A DNA stretch of 19,212 nucleotides from contig JANKJI020000004.1 of assembly GCA_024626585.2 (NCBI GenBank), positions 157,508,335-157,527,546 on the forward strand, written 5' to 3'. This DNA comes from Ginkgo biloba. Its lineage: Eukaryota > Plantae > Ginkgophyta. Under the pieces are notes generated by a model. That model saw only the letters and a program-made list of their open reading frames with translations, made no database searches and was not told the DNA's origin. The position numbers and the translations under genes are program-made. Of this stretch, positions 1 through 12,180 are shown in pieces. Numbering within the stretch: position 1 is the first letter of the stretch; every line of letters begins with the position of its first letter.

Positions 1-2760
1 ATTTTCTTGGGGAACCCATGGAATTTATAAAATTATTTTATGTAAGTTATATCTAATTAGGGAGACTTATTTTTAGTATTAATAGGGATGAATTATGTGT
101 ATTTGGTTAATCTATCTACTATAATTCATATTTAATCCTTACCTTTGGATGTAGGGAGTCTAATAATAAAGTACATCATAATTTATTCCCATTTTTGGCT
201 AGGAACTTTAAATGGATGTAACTTTCTTGGTAGTCAAATGTTTTCTATTTTTTGGCATTGGCATGTGTCACACTCTATTACATGTTTGATCATATCCTAT
301 TTCATTTTTTTCCAAAATAAATATTTATGAATATTTATATAAGTCCTTTTCATCTCTATATTCCCCCATTGAGTTGAGTCATGTTCTTCTATTAAAATGG
401 TCTTGATGAATGTGGATCCCTTGTTAAGGTAGATTATATTTTTGTAAAATATTATTCTATCATGAACCTTCCATTACATATATTTTTTGTTATGGTTTAT
501 ATCTTGGATGAGTTTCATAGTCTCTAGGTTGTTATAATATTCTACATTAATTTCTTTTAGCCATCTTGGTTTGATGACTGTTATTACTTTAAGTTCTATA
601 TCCTTAATGTTTTGGGATAAATCTTCATCCATTACATTCTCTACTCCCTTCTTATAGGTAATCTTGGAGTTGACTACTTGGATCTTATCGATCCACTTCC
701 TTTTTTCTTCTAATGATGATTTTTGTTGGACCAAATATTTGAGACTATAGTGATCTATATTTACTTAAAATTTATTCCCCATCAGGTATTATTTCCATTT
801 ATCTAGGGAATGTATTATAGATAACACTTCCTTATTATAAGTTGGCATATACTTATAATTCATTCGTTCTTTTAGTTTTTAAATTTCATACACTATTGGT
901 CAACATTATTGCATTAAGATAACTCCAATATCAGTCTTAGATGTACTACATTCTAGTAGGAAGGGTTTTTAGAAGTTTGGTGAGGCTAATATGCATACTA
1001 TTATCAGGGATTTCCTTAATTCNNNNNNNNNNNNNNNNNNNNNNNNNNNNNNNNNNNNNNNNNNNNNNNNNNNNNNNNNNNNNNNNNNNNNNNNNNNNNN
1101 NNNNNNNNNNNNNNNNNNNNNNNNNNNNNTCCTAAGAAGTATCTAACATTAGTGATAAATGTAGGAATTATCTAATTTATGATGGATTTAATTTTTCTTG
1201 GGTTGACCTTAACTCCATTCTAGGTGATTATGTGACCAAGGTATTGTAATTATATTTTTCTAACTTCATATTTTAACTCTTTTGTATATAAGAATTAGTC
1301 TTGAAATATTTCTAACACTTTAGCTAGGTATGTCANNNNNNNNNNNNNNNNNNNNNNNNNNNNNTTAGGTGATCCTTCCATGTTCGACTAAACACTATTT
1401 TCAAAGGATTGGTTTAAAGATATTGTTCATTAGGGCTTAAAAAGTGGCTAGTACATTATATAACCCAAAAGTCATAATTAAAAATTCATAATGTCCCTAT
1501 TAAGTATGAAATACCATCTTCTATCTAACTTCTATTTTAATAGGGATTTTATAATACCCAAAATAAAGATCTATCTCGGAGAATTATTTAGTCCCATGTA
1601 GTTTTCCCATCAGGTCATTGATTCTCAACATAGGAAATTAATTTTTGATGGAATTTAGTGCTTGGTAATCCATGCACATATGATATGAACTATCCCTTGT
1701 TTATTGATAGTATAACTAGTGTTTTGTAAGGAATATTACTTTTTGTAATGGCCTTGATATCTAAGAGGTCTTGTATGAACTTCTCTATTTCATTCTTTTG
1801 ATTAAAGTTATACCTGTATGGTTTAACAATAGTTGGTCCCTTCTCATGCTCAATCTGTATTATATATTTCATTCCTTTATCTGGGGACATCTCCTTGGGT
1901 AATTTATAAAATACTTAAGGGTGTTTATTTATTATTATCTTGATATCCCTTTCTCTCACTTTGGTAAGAGTATCATCATCTTTTACTAGCTTTGGATATT
2001 AGGCTTCCATACAATATAATTTGGCTATAAATCTAAGATGTCCCTTTCATAATTTTTTTTCATTTATTGTAGCTATACTACATTGGTTTCATAAGCTCTT
2101 ATTTCTTTAATTATATTCTTTTGTCCTTAGAGCTTGAAGGTAAGAAAATCCTCCTTGTGGTTAGTGATGTATGTCCTTAGTGTGAGTAACCATTTTACTC
2201 CTAACACTATGTCTACACCTCTAATTTTTATTATGTAAAAGAAGTCTCAAAACGTATAGTCTCCTAGCTTCAACTCAACATTTCTAGTTATTCCCTCGTA
2301 CATGATTTAGAGATTTTATGGTATGAATATAGAGAACCTTTTGCTTGTATCCATGTAGAGGCCTAATTACTTGATCTATCTCATATCTAGGATGTTAATG
2401 GTGTTTCTTTGGATTACCATGTCTAATAACTTGCTCCTCTTAATAAATTTATGGGTCTTGAATCTGTCTAGTATGCCTAACACATTCATAACTACAAATG
2501 AGATCTCAAGTTCTCTTACATCTAACATTAACATTCCTTGGTTATGTCANNNNNNNNNNNNNNNTTCTTGTTAGTTGGCCTCTTGTTCTTCATTTTCTCC
2601 TTCTTCTTTCGATTCTAATCTTTGTGCTTCTTCCATAAAGAATTTCTCTTGATAACACCTATGATTGCAAGACCATCCTTCTCCACAATGGTAGCATTTC
2701 TTCTAGTTGTCTTTCTATGGTATATTTGCCTTATTGATATGAGATATTTTGGTCATTGTT
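1..2760 (-). mobile_element. Degenerate Ty3/gypsy LTR retrotransposon (chromovirus-type) gag-pol, running off the left edge of the window
   Basis: Minus-strand translation gives the gypsy domain order. Gag knuckle KCYHCGEGWSCNHRC (~2655-2700); protease remnants LGILDRFKTHKFI (~2445-2485) and VDIVLGVKWLLTLR (~2175-2216); RT PYRYNFNQKNEIEKFIQDLL, MCMDYQALN, IDLYFGYYKI, GHYEFL, YLGHII (~1180-1890); RNase H STSKTDIGVILMQ, YNKEVLSIIHSLDKWK, IDHYSLKYL, ITYKKGVENV (~620-955); integrase ECDTCQ...LHPFKVPSQKWE...IVDRLTKY (~100-280). Many stops and frameshifts. Confidence 0.93.
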
Positions 2761-2897
2761 GGATGTATCCCATTGTGCTTGCTTCTTAGTGGTATTTNNN
2801 NNNNNNNNNNNNNNNNNNNNNNNNNNNNNNNNNNNNNNNNNNNNNNNNNNNNNNNNNNNNNNNNNNNNNNNNNNNNNNNNNNNNNNNNNNNNNNNNN

Positions 2898-4620
2898 TTG
2901 CACTAATTGAGTTCTCCTGTAGTAGATAATTCTCCTCTCCTAGATTGATTAGGTCTTCTTCTTGGGATTCAACAATCATTTTACATAAGCATTTTCCTTT
3001 TATAATCTTCATAGGCTTCCAATCTACATTCAAATCATGGATATTTTCTATCCAACGTACCTATTTTATTTACGACTTTGCTTGATTTAACATGGACTTC
3101 ATTGGTGGAAAATGCACTTATGGTATAATATGATTGTGAATGATATAGGGATTGAAATCCTTAATTTCTTTGACTAGAGTGAATGCTTGATTCTCAATGG
3201 GAGTATATGTCAATTGGTAGTATTTCAAATACCATCTCAGGAAGACAATTGGCCTTTCATGACCTTTATCATATCTTTACATAATCATAGAGGCATATGA
3301 TTTGTCTAAAGTATATGAGTCAATTATGAAGTCTTTATCAAAGTTAGGTCAAACTAGGATGGGCGCCTTTGAAATCCATTCTTTGATTTCATTAAAGGCC
3401 TCCTTGTCCTCATTGTCCCATTTGAATTCCACATCCTTCCTTATCAATTTATTTATGGGAAAGGTGACCCATGGAAAGTTGGGGATTAACCTTCTCATGA
3501 AGTTAATATTCTTGAAGAAAGACTGTACCCCTCTCTTACCTGATGGTAGGGGGATTTCTTTGATGGATTTGACCTTGTCTGGATCAATATATGTTCCTTC
3601 TTTCAATACTATGTGTCCCAATAAATTTCCTTTAGTAACTACAAGGACCAACTTCTTAAGATTCAAGGAAATTCCCCAATCGCTATACCTTTGAAATACC
3701 TATTTCAAGTGACTGATACGATCTTATCTTTTTTTTGAAAAAATAGTAAGATCATCCAAATACACCACTATACTCTACTCAATCAATTCCCAANNNNNNN
3801 NNNNNNNNNNNNNNNNNNNNNNNNNNNNNNNNNNNNNNNNNNNNNNNNNNNNNNNNNNNNNNNNNNNNNNNNNCTAGATGGTTGTAAAGGAAGTTTTAAA
3901 TCTATCTTAATATGCTACCAATACTTTATTATAGCCTAAAAAATTATCCAAAAGGGACATCGTATCTGATCTAGTAACTCTCTACAATAACTACTCCATC
4001 CTAAGAAGGGGATAATTTCCTTTAGAGACTCCTTATTAAGATTTTTGAAATCAATACACAATCTTATCTCCCTATTCTTTTTCCTGACAGGGACTAAATT
4101 AGCTACCCAGATAGAATGACGTAAAAGGAAGATAATACAAGCCTCCTTTGGTTTCTAAACTTCCTTCCACATAATATCTTTAATCTTAATATTGATGGGC
4201 CTCCTCTTCTTCCTAAAAGGATTGGCATTTGGTNNNNNNNNNNNNNNNNNNNNNNNNNNNNNATGTGTTGGATTATCTTAGGATTGAACACCTTTAGGTC
4301 ACTGTAATCCCAGGGGAATATACTTTGGTATTCTTTGTAAAGAGACACTATCTATTCTTCCTATTCTATTGAACATCATTATCCAACCTTGAATTTTGTT
4401 CATCCCCGATATTATTTTACCTCATCTTTTGAATCGCTCGCTTGGAGGATTTGACTTTAGAGGGATTTAACTTTAGTGAATCATGAATATTGAACAAGCC
4501 TTCCAAAGAGATGATCCCCTTAGGAATCGTATTTTATTTTAATATAGGATTCCCTCATCCCCTGGATCCTTCAAATATTCCTTAGTGTTATCTTCATGAA
4601 GAAATTCATCACCTTTGATA
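2898..4620 (-). mobile_element. Degenerate Ty3/gypsy retrotransposon, non-chromovirus (Tat/Athila-like) RT-RNase H fragment
   Basis: Minus strand: IPRGIISLEGLFN linker (~4490-4530); YKEYQSIFPWDYSDLKVFNPKIIQH; LVPVRKK; NYPLLRME; MSLLDNFLGYNKV; FKTSFTT; VVYLDDLTIF (YxDD, ~3745-3770); GNLLGHIVLKEG, FKWDNEDKEAFNEIKEWISKAPILV; RNase H GHERPIVF, YTPIENQAFTLVK, KPMKIIKGKCLCKMI. These motifs are non-chromoviral and differ from the first element. Confidence 0.9.
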
Positions 4621-5559
4621 CGAAGGTTGCTTGTCTATTTATGAGTTGTATATATTTCAACATTCAAAAATAGAAAATTGGTTTCTTCTCTAGGATGTCC
4701 TTTTAATGATTGTCTTTATAAATTATATTTCTATACTCTGACAAATCATCCTTTGAAGGTCCCCTTAAATGCACCCCAAATAACTCATCTTGGCCCTAGA
4801 GGAACCTCAAAATCTTGTCATCATCCTTTAACACTTTCCAATGCTCTACATTATCAAGAACATAGGCTTAAGTGATTATTTCCATTGGGAATCTTTGATT
4901 AGACCCAATGGGTCCTAGTTCAACTAGGGAGGATGATACCACTAGGGATTCAACTAGTTGGTTATATTCCATGGATACGTGGCCAATAGAAAAAGCCTCA
5001 AAATCATCATGTTAATTGGTGTGTGCATGTATCTATGTGTCTTTGTACGCATATATATCTAGTTATACTATTATATAAAAGAAAAATGGTCTTTCTCAAA
5101 TAACTACTTAAACATCACCCTTTTCTTATTGCCTTAAAACTTTAAGTACTAAAAGCCTTTAAGTTAATAGAANNNNNNNNNNNNNNNNNNNNNNNNNNNN
5201 NNNNNNNNNNNNNNNNNNNNNNNNNNNNCAACCTAAAAATGAGTGTCTAATTGCTTCAAGCAATACATAAAATTTATCTTAGTACTTATTTATGGTTAAT
5301 TAAGTACCAACTATAGTTAGATCAAACTACTGCATAAATGTTATTAAAATATAATGAAAATAATATTGTATGGAAATCAATTACCATGGGTATGTACTAA
5401 TATGTGTGTGCATTTACATGTTTAAGGTGTGTGTTTGTGTGNNNNNNNNNNNNNNNNNNNNNNNNNNNNNNNNNNNNNNNNNNNNNNNNNNNNNNNNNNN
5501 NNNNNNNNNNNNNNNNNNNNNNNNNNNNNNNNNNNNNNNNNCTTTAGTATTTTGATTGT

Positions 5560-5720
5560 TTGACTGCCTTTGATTGATATTTGACCACTTTAACTACTAT
5601 TTGACCGCCTTTAATGTTGTTTTAGCTACTACCACATCATCTTCTAAGTTTTTGCATCATCCTTAAGGTGCCATGTCATCGCCAAGGCTACCACATCATC
5701 ATTTGACTCTTTGACCATGA
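5560..5720. repeat. Cluster of short degenerate motifs (TTTGACY and CCACATCATC), possibly transposon subterminal repeats
   Basis: tttgactgcc, tttgaccact, tttgaccgcc, tttgactc and tttgacca occur, plus ccacatcatc twice and ccatgtcatc, within about 160 bp. Confidence 0.4.
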
Positions 5721-5989
5721 TATAAGGGTTATTTAACTAACTATTATNNNNNNNNNNNNNNNNNNNNNNNNNNNNNNTCGCTTCTTTGAAGATGGTTTTG
5801 CCCCTTCTTAGGTGGTTTTACTCATCTTACAGTGGTTTCTTATCACACCGTGTTCCTTTGATAATGATGTATCATTTGTTTATACTCTTTGGCTTGAAAT
5901 CTTCGTCTTGAGGCAAATCTTGGTTGCCCTTAGAAGAATATCTGGTCTTGTCCCATGTATTTCGCTATCGGGGTTTGCCAAATTAGCCA

Positions 5990-6730
5990 GGGTTCGAATC
6001 TACTACAAACAACCTTCTTTATCCACTCAACCAACAAATGATCATATGTTAGAATATTTTACAATACTTAGTTATAATATTGCTTGCCTTGATCAAGAGA
6101 GGAAGATGATTTAGTGGTTTCCTTCCTATACTTTGTCATTATTTGTACTAATGCTTCTTGCTATAGCAACATATCTTATATCTACTACCTTGTAGTAGAA
6201 ATAATTTGGTGCATTTTGACAATCGATGTAGATATCAAGATATCTACAACTGGTTCTTGAATTTTATTGAGCTTAATTCACAAGATATTCGTATTTTGCC
6301 TTAATCGTGTCGATTTATTTCATTGTGGACTCTACATAACTCAAGAATCCTCAATGCATGGCCTCTCCTGCTTAGACCATGTTCCAAGATGGGACTTTAC
6401 TTAAGTAGATGATTATCATTAACAGTGCTCCTACACTTTGGTAAGGCTTCAATTTAGATGTCGACAGTCGATCAACAAAAAGGCAAGTTTAGTTGTTTGC
6501 ACTCACTCCTTTCCTTAAGGTATTTAATACCTTAATTGTTCTCCTAACCTCTTCATACTAAGTGATACAAAAGAGGGTATCAATAAGGTCATGCCCTATG
6601 AATTGCCTAGTATTATGTCTTCTAGAGATAACCTTTATTAATTCTTATTGGTCACCTGAAGATACTAGTTTTGTACTTATATTGGTTTAATTAAGGATCC
6701 CCATACATATAAGGCTATGGAAAGTTCTAC
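5990..6730 (+). mobile_element. Possible very degenerate Ty1/copia integrase-to-RT linker remnant
   Basis: With indels, ~6134-6180 reads LSLF.TNA.LAIATYLI (compare copia LPxxFWAEAxxTAxYLIN). ~6693-6725 reads KDPHTYKAMES (compare EPxTYxEAM). The order fits copia but the similarity is weak. Confidence 0.25.
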
Positions 6731-6989
6731 AACTTTCAAACTAGGCAATTGTAAGACGTCTTTTAAAAGAAAATCTAATAGTCCTTTCTTTTATAGGTCC
6801 AAGGGCCTTTGAAGAAACACTTTTTTACTCACCTTTGGAATTTTAAAGATGAATGGAAAAAAGCCTTGGTGAAATATTTGATGCACATCACTTTCTTACT
6901 AAATTTCTCCCAACTTTCATGAATTCAAGAATAGAATTATGTGGAGGACGGCTAAGAAAATAACATATTTACGTTGAAAAATATAATAT

Positions 6990-7674
6990 NNNNNNNNNNN
7001 NNNNNNNNNNNNNNNNNNNNNNNNNNNNNNNNNNNNNNNNNNNNNNNNNNNNNNNNNNNNNNNNNNNNNNNNNNNNNNNNNNNNNNNNNNNNNNNNNNNN
7101 NNNNNNNNNNNNNNNNNNNNNNNNNNNNNNNNNNNNNNNNNNNNNNNNNNNNNNNNNNNNNNNNNNNNNNNNNNNNNNNNNNNNNNNNNNNNNNNNNNNN
7201 NNNNNNNNNNNNNNNNNNNNNNNNNNNNNNNNNNNNNNNNNNNNNNNNNNNNNNNNNNNNNNNNNNNNNNNNNNNNNNNNNNNNNNNNNNNNNNNNNNNN
7301 NNNNNNNNNNNNNNNNNNNNNNNNNNNNNNNNNNNNNNNNNNNNNNNNNNNNNNNNNNNNNNNNNNNNNNNNNNNNNNNNNNNNNNNNNNNNNNNNNNNN
7401 NNNNNNNNNNNNNNNNNNNNNNNNNNNNNNNNNNNNNNNNNNNNNNNNNNNNNNNNNNNNNNNNNNNNNNNNNNNNNNNNNNNNNNNNNNNNNNNNNNNN
7501 NNNNNNNNNNNNNNNNNNNNNNNNNNNNNNNNNNNNNNNNNNNNNNNNNNNNNNNNNNNNNNNNNNNNNNNNNNNNNNNNNNNNNNNNNNNNNNNNNNNN
7601 NNNNNNNNNNNNNNNNNNNNNNNNNNNNNNNNNNNNNNNNNNNNNNNNNNNNNNNNNNNNNNNNNNNNNNNNNN
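6990..7674. other. Largest assembly gap (N run), one of many in the window
   Basis: Run of N. Exactly-100-N runs also occur at 2798-2897, 5442-5541, 10789-10888 and 16251-16350. Confidence 0.95.
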
Positions 7675-8879
7675 AATGGGCTATAATAGAGACTCAATCA
7701 TTGTCATTTCTTGCCATTTAAAAATGCTAGCTTCCTAAAAAGGGTGTATTTAGTGAGCAAATCCTAATCTTATGGGAATTAACTACTAAAGATATGCTAA
7801 GACATGGAGAATTTCTCATAGAAGACTACACACTCATAGGAATTGACCCACAATCAACCCTCACCAAGCTACTTTCTTAATGTCTCCCATAACTAGCATC
7901 CACTGCCCCTCCACTCAAGTAAGGACTTTTTCGTATTTCAAAATTTAAGAAATAAATTATACAAGAACATACTATCCCAATAGTATTTCAAAACATGCCT
8001 TAAAATACGACAAGCAATTTTGAAAGGTGTGAAGATTAAGACTAAACAATATGTAGTATAATGTGGCATATACCAAGAAGAAATGGGCAAAAATTTGTAC
8101 AAATCATTCATATGATTTTTTTAACATAAAAAAGTAGCAAAAGTATACATTCGTGCCATTCCAAGATAGAAGATGGCCATTGAAGTTAAGTGAAAGCATT
8201 TTCATACATTTTAAATATTGATTGATATGTTTATCAATTTGAATAAAAGAATAATAAACCTGTTCTTTCAAAAAAAAAATCTAATTTGATGCATGTCAAT
8301 TAATTGCATCTTTCATCATATTAGTCAAATTCCTATATTATTATAACCACTACATATCCTAGAGAAAAAATATCTCAATGAACTACATAATTGGCTTATA
8401 CATGTCTAAAGGAAAAGATAATATATCCATCATAGTCATCTAATACATAAAATATACTTGTTTTATCAGTATACAATTGATATTCAAAGCAAGTCAGATA
8501 GAAAAACTATACATAAAATATATCCATGGACTTTATAGATACCCAAAAGTAATTGTCAACAACATAGATCATAAGCTTAGAGGTAAATCCTAGAAGGAAT
8601 TATTTTGCCACGTAATACTACAATTCAATTTATATCAGTAATATTCTACCTCTAAAGCTTTTGTCATTTCAGTCTATTTTGGGTGAGTAACCTTTTGAAG
8701 GAGGTTGTGCCTCGATGTGCATGCAACAAAACCAACATTAATTTGTAGTAGATCAATTATATTGTGTCTTTAATTTCTACATCCTTAGAAGTGAGGAGGG
8801 GTTCAATACATGTTTATGTAGAAGTTTATGTTCTCCATATTCACTCAACAAAGAAGCATACTTAATAGTTTGTAAGTAG

Positions 8880-10020
8880 AAGTAAATATGCACAGATCAC
8901 ATGGTAAATCCACTCTAATCACATTGGTGGTTACAAGTTTGAACAAATATATTCCCAATTTTTTGGTATATATGTCCTCAATTATTATTTGGAGGTTGGA
9001 TCTCTGAACTATTCATGACACCCTCATATGCTACTTAAATTCTCTTTACCTCATCTAGTGTGATAACTTACCATCCTACATAGTTCTCCATTAGTATCCA
9101 AACCCCTAAAAGCAACATACGCATTTACCATAGCCTAAGATCTTCTCAATCTTCCAAAACAATTAGGGCCATGTTTATTGTGGTCCATTAGTCCATAAAA
9201 GCCATGCTAATCAATGGTCTTGCTAGCCATTGAGCCAATTGCCAACCTTGGATTTGAAAGTGAATAAGAGTGCAACCATACAATAATAATTTATCAAGAT
9301 TTTGGTTTAGTTACAATAAGAAGCAAAAAGCTCAAAGTGAATATTATGTCCCTAATTGTTGTCATAAGAACATATGTAGTTTTGGCTATCCACTTCCCTT
9401 ATGGGCATACACACATCCCAAGAATTTCATTCCTTAGTCCTTCATCAACACTCAATGCATTCACCCTTACATTGTACATGTGCTCCTTAAAAATCTCCCT
9501 ATTTAATTTTGTTATGTGGATCATTTACGAAAGTTTTTTTGTTTGCAAAACCTGTAGTGAATCTCAAATGAGAAGAGTATGTCCAAGTTGTGAGAAATTG
9601 AAAGGCCCCCTTGTGATTCAATGTAATCTCGAGTGAAAATGAGTTTGTTTCTTCTTCAATTTCAATTTTACAAAATTCTTTCTAATTCATATATTAAAAA
9701 AAGGGCATGCCAAAATGCTTGAAATGCAAGAAATAGTCCACATAAATGAAGATTTTGATGTTTCTATGATGTCAATAGTGTAACAACTATTGGGTTGATA
9801 TTTTAAAGTCATTAACCATATGTCAATGCATTCATATGCATACATTATACTCCAAGTAAAAGATGTAAGGAAAGATTTGTCATCATTATTTGCAGCATGC
9901 CTAATTCTACTACTAATACACATAATTATAGTGATACACATAATTGTTGGTTGTTTGTCTTCATTACTAAAGTATCTCTATTGCGTATTCCCCATCTTCA
10001 AAAACAATGCTTACATTGCA
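8880..10020 (-). mobile_element. Possible highly degenerate Mutator/MuDR transposase remnant
   Basis: Minus-strand fragments appear in MuDR order: RYFSNE (~9960-9980), LEYNVCI (~9836-9856), LKYQPNSCYTIDI and GLFLAFQA (~9715-9807), NHKG and IHYRFCKQKTFVN (~9525-9620; compare SDRHKG and HRFCxRHxxxN), and SWIM-like TC...SG.LPC (~8897-8940). Several frameshifts must be assumed. Confidence 0.35.
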
Positions 10021-10888
10021 TTAAACTCTATTAGCTATTTAATGAACTTTTACATAGACATGGACTTGTGGACTCATTAATTATGTATGACCTGACCTCA
10101 TAACTTCAATATCTATTCCATTCAAGTATGTGTTTCATAATATTTTATTCTCATCATCCACTTCATAATTTGTGGTAGAATTGTGCTTACTATGATTGTG
10201 ATCCCTGGTTTTATAACCTTAATGCCATGTCACATAGAAAACAAAATGCTATGTTATTCATTTTATGAGGTGAAATGAGTTCAACTAGAATTCAGATTAT
10301 GGGAATATGACTAAAAATGAGATTATAACTCTTTCAATGGACCCATTAACATTTCTATGCATTATTGTTTTTTACCAAAATTTCCTTCTTAACATCTTAT
10401 CTACTTGATAGGTTGTTTAGGCAATTGACTATAGGAAATGCAAGACGTTGAGTTCGTTGAAATGATTGTCATATTGCCTATTATTCTACTTATAGATATT
10501 AGTGTAGAAAGCTTGAAAAAACTTGAGAAAAAATATTACATTGAATCATTGAAAATGATTAGGCTTAGCAATTTTATTATTGTTACAATGAATCGTATGA
10601 GGGAGGTGATGCTTGTGAGAAATATTTCAGCTATTTATCTACAAGAAATAGTTACGTGATGTTTGTTAATTTTAGGCAATTTAAATACCCTAATATTAAC
10701 GAATAACAACTTAATTTCTCAAAGAAGTATATATATTTCTGAAGGCCACTTACTGTCAATGGCAGATAATTACAGCAAGTTTGAATTGNNNNNNNNNNNN
10801 NNNNNNNNNNNNNNNNNNNNNNNNNNNNNNNNNNNNNNNNNNNNNNNNNNNNNNNNNNNNNNNNNNNNNNNNNNNNNNNNNNNNNNNN

Positions 10889-11044
10889 TCCTAACTGGCA
10901 TTCTCAAAACACTGGATCTACCCGTTATTTGTATTGGGGAAACAGAATAGACTGTCCGGGGAAACATTGCGCGGCTTGTGAAGGGTTGGGCCATCAGGAA
11001 TCGAGCCTGCGATGTGCACTAGAAGAAGCCATGTTCCTCCACAG
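10889..11044 (+). CDS. O-fucosyltransferase-like gene exon 1 (readable part; the 5' end lies in or before the N gap)
   Basis: PNWHSQNTGSTRYLYWGNRIDCPGKHCAACEGLGHQESSLRCALEEAMFLH; donor CAG|GTATTT at 11044/11045; CpG-rich relative to the flanking TEs. Confidence 0.92.
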
Positions 11045-11604
11045 GTATTTATGTTGACGTGCATTGTCTCTGGAGCAGGAGAGCACTAGTCTGTGCCCAG
11101 GCACGCTGTTGTGTTGTTCCTCATTGACGGTTGCTTCAAATTTCCGAGGTTTATGATGTTTGTATGCTTGCAATGGTCGAAGGCATATTTGTCTCGCTTG
11201 ATTTTTGGTTGTAGATTTACAGTGTTCACATTTGGGTGTCTGAGGTATATGGTGTTTCATGGCTTTACCGGTGCAAANNNNNNNNNNNNNNNNNNNNNNN
11301 NNNNNNNNNNNNNNNNNNNNNNNNNNNNNNNNNTTGCAAATTATGGTCTGACATTCACCATGTTTTGTTTGGGTTCAAGTGGTCTGAGGTTTACTGGGTT
11401 TCTTGTGGTTTTGGTGTTATAAGGTTTACAGTGGCTTTTGTGGTTAGGGCTTGTATATACTCGTGATTATCTTTGATCCAATCCAAAAAATCAATTTCCC
11501 TAAACTGACATTGAAGTTATCATATTATTCTTCAATTGATCTGCAAAACCCATATCTTCTTTTTGTTTCTTTCATCATATAATTGTTCAATTTACTGAAT
11601 TCAG

Positions 11605-11694
11605 GACCTTTGTGATGCCTTCTCGAATGTGTATTAACCGCATACATAATGACAAAGGGATTCTCCACCATCCAAATGTGAGCTCGGAAGAAAG
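11605..11694 (+). CDS. O-fucosyltransferase-like gene exon 2
   Basis: Acceptor TTCAG|G; 90 nt; (R)TFVMPSRMCINRIHNDKGILHHPNVSSEE(R); donor AAG|GTTCGT; phase compatible with exons 1 and 3. Confidence 0.92.
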
Positions 11695-11972
11695 GTTCGT
11701 ACAGAAAAGCTCATTTAGGGCCTAGTAGATCTTATTATTGAATGTTGAAATGTTAAACCTGGAAGTATGTCAATTTAATCCACGTAATTTGTACAAAGCA
11801 AAGATACACAGATGTTTTCAGTTTTAAGCAATACCTGTATGNNNNNNNNNNNNNNNNNNNNNNNNNNNNNNNNNNNNNNNNNNNNNNNNNNTTTCTTTTA
11901 GATGAGAAAAATTGATGCAAATTGTTTTCTTCCTTGCATTCCCAAACTGAAATTGTGCTTGTTAGTAACCAG

Positions 11973-12180
11973 ATGGGCAGCCAACTTTTGTGCCATGGAT
12001 TCATTGTACGACATAGACTTGATATCGAAGACAGTGCCTGTCATTCTTGACAATGCAGAAGAATGGCATCGGGCGATTTATGTGGCTAGTAAATTGGGAG
12101 ATACACAAATGATCCATGTGCAAGGCATTGATCGTAACAAGCTCAGACAAAGCAGTTTCTACAAAGATGCTTTAATTCTA
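11973..12180 (+). CDS. O-fucosyltransferase-like gene exon 3 (family similarity ends at about 12180; the open frame continues to a stop at 12291)
   Basis: Acceptor ACCAG|A; WAANFCAMDSLYDIDLISKTVPVILDNAEEWHRAIYVASKLGDTQMIHVQGIDRNKLRQSSFYKDALIL. Confidence 0.88.

Noticed and set aside
3302-3694. 130-aa plus-strand ORF
   Set aside because: It is the antisense shadow of the minus-strand RT/RNase H region.
5985-6005. GGTTCGAATC resembling a tRNA B box
   Set aside because: No A box, cloverleaf or acceptor stem is visible.
6969-7738. Long ORFs of 242 and 254 aa in the ORF track, and other X-filled ORFs
   Set aside because: They are artefacts of translating through N gaps.
10994-11466. Overlapping ORFs in intron 1
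   Set aside because: Low-complexity T/G-rich intron sequence between well-supported splice sites.
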